Below are positions 9,709 to 20,359 of a stretch of 64,000 bases of DNA, piece by piece; the stretch's first letter is position 1; each line of letters begins with the position of its first letter. This DNA comes from Catajapyx aquilonaris (Eukaryota), in NCBI GenBank assembly GCA_000934665.2, contig JYFJ02000293.1:62001-126000 (forward strand), read 5' to 3'. Made by a program: the position numbers and the translations under genes. The notes beneath the pieces were generated by a model. It was not told the DNA's origin, did no database searches, and saw only the letters and a list, made by a program, of their open reading frames with translations.

Positions 9709-12203
9709 ATGGAACAAGGAGGATGGAAAAAGTCATCGCTTCCTGTCACTTTACCTGTCCAGGATTCATCCGAAATGGATCCAAGTGTGCAGAGGTAACA
9801 CTGAGAAATTAGTACGAATTGTATTAAAATATTCATTAGTTGCTAAAAGCTCTCTATCACGCTGTTATGGTTAGACCTTAGAATTTGTTTCGGTGCTCAC
9901 CTCTGCGTAGAATGTATAATATGCTTATCTCGAAATAACATGGAAATGACTTGCAATTTCAGCACCAGGGAGGCCTTTTACGAATATTACCAACGTGACG
10001 TTCCTAGTCTGACAGTATCTGTGGATGGAAATGGCCATAAAACCAGGACAGTTGTCTTCAATGTGGTTGAAGCAGCTCAGGTGCTTGGGGTTCCACCCAC
10101 ATGTGAGTGATTCAGCGGAAACATCTAAGACACTTCACGTAATTTGCTGCCCCCTTTTTTTTTCACAGACTTGACTCAGTACATTGGAAGTGAGCTTGGA
10201 TGTCAGTCGCAGTTTGATTTTAAAAGCATGGAATTTGTATTGGGAGGGATCCATGATACGGGCCACTTGAATTATCTCCTTGATACATTCATCCGCAAGT
10301 TTGTGCTCTGTCCTGAGTGCAATAGACCTGAAACTGCGATTCAAGTGGTAGGTAGGAAGCATCGGGCAAAGGTTATTCTCATCTGCCGTCCATGTGGGAA
10401 GGAGCATCAGCTGCAGCACAACCACAAGTTCATCCAGTTTGTGGTTAGAAATCCGCCAGGTAAGCTAGCTCAATATTAATATCCGAAATATTTTGGGCTG
10501 GTATGGACGAATGAGCCGTACAATGTAGGATGAAGGAAAACTTTTATGACAATGCAGCTGTTTACTTTTTGCAGCAGCTCAGGATGGAGAACTGTCGGAT
10601 CAGGCTAGGAAGACGAGAAAATCAAGTAAAGGTAAAGAGTGTGCAATTGCATTTGGCTGCATGAGACACTTGGTGAAAAATATCAAGTGCTACTCAGAAA
10701 TGTCTGCTCTTTGTGTGCAGCTGGAGAGAAACCTCGGAGCACGGCAGGTTTCCATGAGGCAATCGTGAAAGGACTGAATGAAGTCGGAAGGGACCTGGAT
10801 TCATTGCAGACATTTCTGGTGTCAACCGAGTCTAAACTTAACTACCGGCACAATGGAGAGGTTCTTTTTGAAGTTCTGCTAACTGGAGGAGTACTATGTA
10901 TGTCTTTTTAATTTTTTAATTGTACAGTAATTCATTTCAATTTTATGATGGTAGCTTCTGGAGCCAAGATGGATGGTTACGTTGGCACAACTGATGTCTG
11001 TGCGACTTGTTTGCCCCTTGACGTTGGGATGCTGCATGCTTTTGCCGAGGCAAGGTTTCATTTATTAACAGGTGCTTACATATTAATAAGTTATTGTTCC
11101 TTAGGTGTTTGCAAGCCTCATTAGAAGTTACAGATATTTGAAAAAGTTTCTTGGACGAGCGTTGCAGAAGGTGTTTGGCTCCTTGACTCAGTTTGATAAG
11201 AATGAAAGGTCTAAGCTTGCCTACATAACAGGCTTCTGCTTTGCATATCGCCTGTGTAGACCGAATGTCCTGCGAACCCTAACAAATGTGAGTTGAAGCT
11301 TTCTTTCCGTTTGCGCTGTGGAGTACTGAAGTTGTGTTTTTCCTTAGGAAAAAATAGTCGAGGATAATGTGGCCATTTACTTCGTGATGGAGGCTCTGGG
11401 TGTCTGGAAGGAGGAAAGGGGAGTGACTGACGTTCTTCAATCACTTAGAAAAGCTGGGATAGCACCAAAGTAAGTTTTTTTTTTTTTAATCCAAGTACTT
11501 TTTCATGCTGCGTTAACTGGTTATGATGTCCAATCATTCCGTCGTAGCCTACTGGAATTTTTCCCACTGGATCAACGGTCTGATGATGTGACTTGTAAAG
11601 CAGTGCTTGAGGAGCATGGCCTCGGTGAAGTGGCCAACCATGTGAAGGAACAAGTTGATGTAGAGCAAAAGTTGGCGTCCCAGTTGAAAACTCAGATTCT
11701 GAGAGGACGACCTGTGAAAGACGCTGTGAAGGATGCCAAGAAGTCTGCATCAAGGAAACTTCCTGGCCATCAAGTTGACAATATAGTAAGTGCCATATTA
11801 ATCATTGAGACTGTTATTAATTATCTCCTGAATTTGAATTTACAATAATTAATATTAGATTGACTAGTAAATAACAGCAATCTGTAAGTCTGTTCTCAAT
11901 AACATTTCACAACAATGAAGTGGTATGCTGATGATAAATTACACGTTTCATTTAATCTTTTTATGACCATTTTAGATTTGGGACACGGTGACATCGTGCA
12001 TGGAACAGATTAGAAGTGACTCCCAGGGAAAATTCCCTGAGAGGTCAAGGTCGCAACAGGAGGAGCAATCGGGCCAAAGTCATGAACTAGTAACTGTGGA
12101 ACATTTTAATAAGAGCATGGCTGAGCTGAAGGAGCAAGTGTTTAGTCTGGTTGCTCCTCTTGGCAACAAGTTAGATGAGCTGCTGAATGTTAATCAAAAG
12201 TGA
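9709..12203 (+). CDS. Chimeric eIF5-NTD / 5MP(BZW)-like protein, copy A; exons 9709-9794, 9963-10102, 10169-10459, 10575-10631, 10721-10897, 10955-11049, 11105-11287, 11348-11469, 11548-11785, 11976-12203; about 538 aa
   Basis: The spliced frame is open. The N-part matches eIF5 (PPTYLTQYIGSELGCQSQFD...FIRKFVLCPECNRPET...CRPCG...HKFIQFVVRNPP). The remainder matches BZW/5MP (RKTRK, IVKGLNEVGRDL, KLNYRHNGEVLFEVLLTGGVL, VFASLIRSYRYLKK, SLRKAGI, LLEFFP, IWDTVTSCME). Confidence 0.88.
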
Positions 12204-13206
12204 AGTAAAGGCTGAATCAGAATAGAGCTTGAATTCCTAAGGTGGCAGTTTCGTAGTTTCCTTTTAAATTTACCTTGAAGTTTGGCATGGAACTATAGGC
12301 ATGCTATTGTAAAATCAATTTAATGAACTTTAAATGTTTCATGCAATTTACTGACACACTTTAATATGAGATTACAGAAGCATCTGCTAGGTTTTTAATG
12401 ATATGGATTAAAGCTCTCTTCTGTTACACACAATTTGACAACACTGTGCATATGGAGAATAAGATTGAAACTACAGCTACTTTTGGGGGCAAATTATAAG
12501 GTTAAAGTAAGAAATTGGCTGCGGTTGGTTGGTTGTCCAACAATTCGGTTTGAATTATTTGACCGGCAGTAATCATTACAATAAAATAGATGAGAAGGGT
12601 TACTAGTCCATTACTTTTTGTCTGGTTTATTACCGTTATTTTACTCGTTATATACACTTGCCTTAAAACTGACATTGCCTGTACCATGGAAATATTTGAA
12701 ATATATGCCTACTGTAGTATCTCATTAATATTTTTTTAAAATAAAATTATTTTTATCCCATTTGCAGCTTATAAATAATAAAAATCATTCACTGCCCATT
12801 TTGTAAACTGAGGCTCTGAAATGTACAGGCATGTTCTCAACTTTGGTCCCATTATTATGGTTAGCCTTGGTAAGCAAAATTCTTATCAGTGTTTGTCTCA
12901 TACTTGAGGCAAGCTGGACTGGGGAATTTCCCCCCTCACAAGCTTGCCCTCACGCCATTGGGTGAGTGGCCATTAGGATCATGTGTGTCCCAGCCAGGAA
13001 GTGTCTGCATCTCTTTTTCCCCCAAGCTCCAGTATTGTCTAGACTATAGTACCCCAGTTCATACCATTATCAAAATCCAAGAAGCCTGCTGCTTGGAGAG
13101 TACTAGTTAACCGTAGCTGCAAGTAAGTGTGTTATCCAATAAGTTGCTCATTATTTTGTTAACATTTTAGTGTTTGACGGTAATTGCTTTTTGTGTTTTT
13201 TTAAGA

Positions 13207-15499
13207 ATGAAAGTGCTTACCACTGATGTTAGGGATGCCTACTTCCAATATTCCAAGCGTGAAGTGCCCAACTTGAGGGCAAAGGTAGAAAAAAAGGGAA
13301 AGGAAACCCTTACGATCATTATCAACATGACTGAAGTAGCAGAGGTGCTTGGGATTTCACCGACACGTGAGATACTCAGACCGAAAGCTGTCAAATGTTG
13401 CAAACTGATCCGCCTTTTTTTTTCCGCAGATGTGACCAAGTACTTTGCAAGTGAACTTAAAACTAAGACTCGTAATGACTTCAAGAAGGATCACTTCGCA
13501 GTGACGTGTAGCTGCGATGAAGACTACCTGAACTACCTCCTGGACCATTTCATCTGGAATTATATGCTTTGCGCTCATTGTTACAAGTTTGATACTGAGC
13601 TTCAGGTGCTTTCGGATCAAAAGGTCACGCAGTTCTGCAAGCCTTGCGAGAAGCACTTTCTGCTGCGATTGCCCCGGGCATTCATCCGATATGTCGGCAA
13701 AAAGCCAGGTTAGTCATATTTTTCACTGTAGTAATTTTGTAATTAAAAAATTAGTTTCTTGGCTTCTAAAAGTGAGCGTTCCAGATGAATTCCTGTGGCC
13801 GTTACCGCATGAAACTAATACTAATCCATATTGCAGGTAAACTGATGCAGGAGCCTATGAAGATTGTAGTAATGCAGAAAGCGTCACCTGGTAAGGTACT
13901 TTTTAAATAATAGCAACTGCAACTGCGGCTGCTAACCAGCACATTGGTATTTGAAGTTTTACTTAAATTATACCATTATTTTCAGAAGTTCGTGCCACTA
14001 TGGAACGTGTGGACTACTGCGGACACATGTTGAAAGGACTTGGTCAGATCGGTACCACTGGGAATAAAGTGATTGCTATTCTCAAGTATATCGAGTCTTC
14101 CGGATCAGAAAATGATCATGGGCGTCACGGACGCCTGCTCTGGGACATTCTTCTGACTGGTTCTGTCCAAGGTTTGTGACAATGCACTTGGAATACTAAA
14201 TTAATGTTTTAAAATGCATAACTTGATGAAAGAATATTTTTAAAATCACTGAATTTGTCCAGTTTTATTGCATCACCTGGTCATTGTAAGTGACACTCAT
14301 TTCGCCTAAAACAGCAAATTTGATTACTGGCTCAGTAATTATTAGTGACGCAGCAGCATGATGAAAACAAGTGATTAACTTTTTTTTTTTAAATTATATT
14401 TTCCAGATGATGAGATAAAAGCAGAGTGTGGAGGAAGCACCGACTCGTGCCTTCTCCGTCTTCCGTATGACATGGCAAACATGACGGACTTTGTCGAGGT
14501 AAGATTGAATCTAGGGTTCTATTTGTTGGAGTCTGGCAAAAAGTCTGTTTGACGACAATCGATTTTTGATTGTCGTTGTTTTATTACGACTTTGTCCTGA
14601 GCATGACATCACACTGATTCTACATGTTATTTGCAGATGATTGGCACACTGACTGATCTGTACAAGATCCCAAAATGCTTGCTTGCCCTGAGTTTTGAGA
14701 AGATCTTGGGCAATCTGAAGGCATGCAATAAAGCTGATTGGCTGAAGCTGGCATGTGTACTTGCCCTTTTACTTGCATACGGCTACTGGGTACCATCTGA
14801 CGTGCAGGTAAGTGCGACATAACTTGTGACATTCACGTTTGAAAAGTGTGTTTAACACTCGATACCTTTTTCCGCAGAATTGGATTGCAGTAATTACATG
14901 GTGTACCCCGTTTGTCGTGCAAGTTTATCAAGTGCTGCGAAAAAAGGGTGGTATTACATCCATTTGGAGAACTATTTCACAGTAAGTTTCCGAGTTTGAT
15001 TCTTGGATTGCACCGAGAACTTTTTCGTGTGCCAAGTGACTATGTGAATGGCTGCTTAGCTTATTCGAGTTTTTCCCAACTTTAAGGCCAATGGGTCCAG
15101 TCTCAGAGGGATGCGGCTTGAAATCCAGTGGTGCTCTTTACAGTTCCAAGCAAGCTGCGTTTGGACAGAAGGCAAATGGTGATGGCAAAAACTTGCAGAG
15201 TGCAGCAGATAAGGCCAAGCAAGATTTACTGTTGCGACTGGATGATCAGATGACAAGGGATCGTCCTGTGGAAGATATTGTGACTGATGTGAAGCAATAT
15301 GCATCCCAAAACAACATGCATGATGAGGAAGTTACTGTCTTGGTGAGTGATAAATAAAGGGTGGCAGATTTTGTTCACGATGTCGTTTCTAACACTTGCT
15401 GTTTAAATTTAGATTTGGGAGACTATGATGAGTTGCATGGATAGCGTCAGGAAGAAGGGACCAAAGCGTATAACCAAATGGCACAAGGTTACTGTGTAA
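13207..15499 (+). CDS. Chimeric eIF5-NTD / 5MP(BZW)-like protein, copy B; exons 13207-13366, 13430-13708, 13837-13890, 13986-14171, 14407-14498, 14637-14807, 14878-14981, 15060-15342, 15413-15499; about 471 aa
   Basis: Open spliced frame with the same intron positions and phases as copy A. eIF5-like segments: VPNLRAKVEKKG...INMTEVAEVLGISPTHVTKYFASEL...LCAHC...CKPC. BZW-like segments: LLWDILLTGS, LKLACVLALLL, LFEFFP, RPVEDIVTDVKQY, IWETMMSCMD. Confidence 0.85.
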
Positions 15500-15603
15500 T
15501 CAAAAGTAAGTCATTGATCACTGCTTTACATGCTGTGTATGCTTGATGCATCACTCGCTGAGTGCAATCAGAGTAACAATTTGAATGGGTAAATACTCTA
15601 ATA

Positions 15604-15744
15604 CGGTAAAACCTCGATATATTGCTCTTCAAGGGGGCGCCAAAAAGTAGCGTTATATGCGGGGGAAATTTACCATATGGAAGTGATCACGGGACCGGGA
15701 ACTTAAAAGCGGGAAAGCGTTATATGCATATCGAGGTTTTACTG
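15604..15744. mobile_element. Tc1/mariner-superfamily (pogo/Tigger-like) MITE, 141 bp
   Basis: TIRs CGGTAAAACCTCGATAT / ATATCGAGGTTTTACTG flanked by TA on both sides. Confidence 0.85.
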
Positions 15745-16746
15745 TACTTCCTCTTTTTTTCTCCTGCAGAAAAGGTCAAGCCGACTGGCGACTCAGCGGC
15801 TGATATATTCAGAATGGAAACATGTCATTTGAGCTTTAGCCCTGTTGAGCACTGAGTTATGTTTTTTTTATTTTCAAAATTGAAGATTTCCTGTCGGTGT
15901 GATATTAGTGAATAATAATAAGCCCCAGAATTGATCGTTTTTAATATTTTAATATCCATGGTGGTCCTTTTAAATGTTAAATGCCACATGTAGGGAAAAT
16001 CCAATAAATCCATCTACAGGGTGTGCTGTAATTAGTGTGAATCCACTGAATCGTCTGATTTGCAAATTGTATGTATATTCAGCCACCTGTTGAATAAAAA
16101 GGTTGAAAAATTATTAAGGGTGGAAATTTCTTATTATTATTTTTTCGTAAGCAACGACTATTAGCAGTACTGATAATTAGCAGCTGCTAAAGCTTACTGC
16201 TAACATGGGATTTTAGTCGTACTGCTATTAACTTTTTTAATAAGAGCTGCTAAAGGTTGGACTGGAGGCGTGTCGGCGTCTGTGCATGTGTTCGGAAGAG
16301 ATTTGACAACCTCAGGATGTGTGAGGAACCAGGAAGATTTCATAGATTGTGAGTACGAATGGCATGCAAAATAATCTGCACCAGGATGATTATATGTATG
16401 GTGGTTTAGTACGTATGGTGTACCCGGAAGTGTGTACAAGTACCTTGGATGGAGCGCCAGGAGATGTACCCGGCATACTGTACATGGAATACATGACATG
16501 ATCGAAGCCCTCAACAGGTTAATAAAGCTAATAAGTAAATTAATTAAAATTGAGCACGCATTACCTCTTGCCATTATTTGTACGTTAATTATTTTCAAAT
16601 ATCGCGGTAAACTGACCCATGTGATTTAACAGTATATGGTACGAAGGTACTTAATAATAATTATGCTGCAATGTACATAAATGTAACTCTTCAAATTAAT
16701 TATAAAAATATGTTACCCTGGTTGGTAATTATTATTTTTGTGTGTC

Positions 16747-16773
16747 TGGCAACCCTGAACCAAGATGGCCGCC
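16747..16773 (+). promoter_or_regulatory. Putative promoter/TSS of the SLC45 gene (TGGCAACCCTGAACCAAGATGGCCGCC)
   Basis: YY1-type CAAGATGGC motif followed by a candidate splice donor (cag|gtgata, ~16784). Same composite as 6647-6669. Confidence 0.45.
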
Positions 16774-19700
16774 TCCAGTACAGGTGATAATATATTTTTT
16801 GATGAAAGAAAAACATCTTATTGATGTGCTTATAATAATTATACAAACTGCAGAGTGTCCATATCACATGCGAATGCGTTGATCTAGGTGCGTGTGTTGC
16901 TGTATGTCATGTCCATGTAGTACCCTTGGAAGATGATCAACAATGCTACAAGTCAAGACAAAAAAAGTTTTGCTTGGAAATGTCACATGGTAATTATTTT
17001 TTTTAAACAATAGGACTATGAAGTTATTAAATCAAGTGCATTACTTTTTTTTAAATGTATTTCTTCATTACATTTGCCTTTTTTTAAAAAAATGAACAAA
17101 GGACTTGTGGCTCTCTGTATTACCTTGTATGTAGTTTTTACGTACAGCTGCGGTTTTGCCAACAAGTGTCATGCGAAGCTGAGATTAATGTGACTGAAAG
17201 ACATGGAGCACTTGCCATATGTGATTGACGAACAAGTGCGCCGTCACCTTTACATTATTGCCCGTACATATTTTTCAAGCTGTCGTAATAAAATCTGGCT
17301 AGATGTCAAACAGATAGAACCTGCCATAAATTACATTTTTAAAAAATGTAAGCCGAGTCAATTTGTTAATTATTGTTTTTAACGGCGGTGCGGTTCATTC
17401 ATTTTTTCCCCTGACCTTGTGCAATGTCACTTGCATTGAGAGTGGGAAATTCTAATTGCTGGTTCGCATGGACGTAAACATGTCACAACAACTGCGTGTG
17501 AAGCAGTGAGTGTTGAGATATTTAAAAAAAGATCTTTTTATAATCTCATTAACTTGGAGGATCAAACAATGTTGGTCAGAATTGTACGCACAAGTTGCGT
17601 AGTAAAATGATTTGCTCATTAAGGCGCAGTAAGCACCACGGGCTTAATAATGACGCTGAAGTCAATCTCGGCATGCAAATGAATGGCTCAGGTTTTCTGC
17701 CCTTGGTGACATAAATATATGTTGACCCTTCTAATCACAGGCCATATGTTAATTACATGCTGAGTACTGGCATCCGACATGTGTAAGAACACTTGTTTTT
17801 TTTTTTTTTTCAGAGCGGTAACATCGTGTGAAGAGCTGCCATGAGCCAGTCGTCGGGAAGAGTCAATCCTGTGTTTTCCAATGGGTGAGATGGCTTTATA
17901 GATCTTTCAGTCAAGAAGTTTTTTATTGTGGCCGGGGTGTCCGTCACTGATGAGGATAAGATTTTTGCGGACAGCTGAAAGGTGGAGTTTCAAGTAGTGA
18001 AAACGACATTAATGTGCGATTTTTCAATGAAAATTCTGCTCTGAATGACTGGCATCTGCTCTTTTTATGCAAGAACAACGGATTTCACTTACGTCCGACA
18101 TGTGCAATTTTTCTATGAATGACTGACATCTGCTGTAATTGCATAAGGTGCATTTGTGCTACTTTTTTTTTCTCCCGTACTCATTCTCCTTTTTTCGCAT
18201 TAGGATTTGTGAATTAAGAGCACATGGCTTGGGCCTATGAAGTGGTGGTCATAACTCATATTGGACCATTTTTGACAGTATGTTGTTTAATTTTTTTTTT
18301 GTAAGCTGCATATTTCATGCACCAGACTGCCGCATCTATATTTAGACAAAAGTGTATTATTAGCCTTTGTTTCTGCCTGTTGTTGCTGTCGATAGTGGTA
18401 AGGATGTGTATATTTTTATATCATCGTAATTTTACTTGCTGGATTAATTTCTTATTTTTAAATCTCAGATGCTTAATTTTAATTGCTGGGTAGCAGCAAG
18501 AGTCTTCTTCCTTCTTTCTCCATGCTTGCTTCTAAAATGGTCCGAAATATGTGTATCAAGTCGTTACAAACATTTTTTGTCGACCTTGAAGTCATGCAAA
18601 ATATTTAATTATGAGGAAAACGGTCCAATTTTTTTTTTTTACAATGGGTTATGCATCGAAAGGAATTTTCTCACTGTGTGTGGTACATACACCAGCTGTT
18701 CAAAAAAATTGACAGTAATACAATTGTAGTAGTCGAACAAAGTGTTGCGATTGTCAATTGCTCAGTTATGATAAAGATTCATGTGGCATGTGCATCTTTT
18801 CAGATGTGCATGAAAGCATAATTGTCCTGTATTTTTTAATTTTTTTTTCTATATCATGACCACTACGAGGAATGATGTCCTTGAAACAATTATAGTGATA
18901 ACTCAGGTATACATATGTGGAGAAGAAGAAGAAAAAAAAATGCGACTGTATTTTGCATGTGTATTACAAACAAAAAAAAGTAATTAATATGGCAGGGATT
19001 TTAATTCCATATTTAATGAGATGTTTATGCTTGGGAACCAAATGGGAGGGAAGCACGCCATCAAAATAATATGTGTGTGAGAAACATTTCTGGGTAGAAA
19101 GATAAGGTACACAAAGGGAGAGGTTTTTTTTTTGTATGGCCAAGCAATCTTTTTTCGCTGAGGATGCTGATCTCGGATGTCCAGTGTTGGATGGTGTCGG
19201 GTTGAGTCCAAAGGGGTGACATCATTGTCTGTTTTTTTTTCCCCCATTGGTGTGTTGGCCTGTGCCGGCCCTGCCATTCTGTTATGGTGATAGCTAAGAG
19301 GAAGTGTGATTGGAGTTGTATCTGGAAAAGGTTGGAGCACTCTGTATTATAACTGAACTGCCAGGCTTTGGATCACGACAAAAGGTATTTTTTGGTGCAA
19401 CAGTGTGTTTTTGTAATACATTTTTTGAAATGCCGTTGTCATCTCAGATTTCGCTGTCTTGTATTGTACGACACGTTGAACGAAGCAAATACACTTGCCG
19501 ATAATAACTGGAATTATCCAAGAAACGGAAAAAGTAGTTCCTGTGCTACTTGTTAGTTGAAAAAATGCAATATCTGATCTTGTTGGATCAATTATTCTTA
19601 TGCCATACATTTAGCGGAAAGGACCATGTCGCTATTTCACTAAAATAGCCGGTTTCCAGTTAATAGTTTAAAAAATGAGAAGAGCTCCACACTTACTGTT

Positions 19701-20359
19701 GCGTCTCATTACAATTTCGGCATGTTTCAAACCCTGCGAGAGAATCGGAGATGCTGCGCATACCAACATTTTGCCCTGAATACCTAAGTCATTGTTGACT
19801 ATAGAAAAAGTCACTTTTTGTCATTGTGACGTGCAGATTTGTTGTTTACTATGTGTGTGAATTCTCACTCTCCGCCCCGTAGGATGCCATTAGCCTGATT
19901 TACATGAAGGTCATGCACTCTACATGTGTAAGACCGGCAACTAAACAAAGGTGTTTACAAACTAAAAGAAGAGAATTAACACATTGACCTTGATTAATCA
20001 CCGGCTGATGTTGTGTACTTACCCAGGGAAGGGGAATTTTAAAATTCTCCGCTACTGTATGTACCGTACATGTCTGGTCACCAGACATACAGTGTTTTTT
20101 ATTAGCTTGTTACATCACTGTAATTGGAGTAATTTATGGGCAAAGGTGAAGGCTGTCCAAGTACTGAGCATTTGCGGATGTTTCAGTCCTGCTTTGCGAT
20201 TCTTGATGGTGAGTGTTGCCAGTTTTTCTCGTAGTGACATTTCACGATGTTGCTCCGATTGTTCATAGTTCGACTATTCGGGGTACGTTGTGCTGCTATT
20301 GTTTGACTTTTACGTGTCGTTCCTTCCAGTGAGTTGGAACGTGGTGTCTGGGAGCCACA

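Noticed and set aside
9911..9940. Alternative acceptor at 9910 for chimera A exon 2
   Set aside because: It leads to an in-frame TAA within nine codons, whereas the acceptor at 9962 keeps the frame.
9709..15499. Interpretation as canonical eIF5, eIF2beta or plain BZW genes
   Set aside because: There are no eIF2beta lysine boxes and no eIF5 W2 C-terminus, and BZW proteins do not carry the zinc-finger GAP domain. Only a chimera explains both halves.
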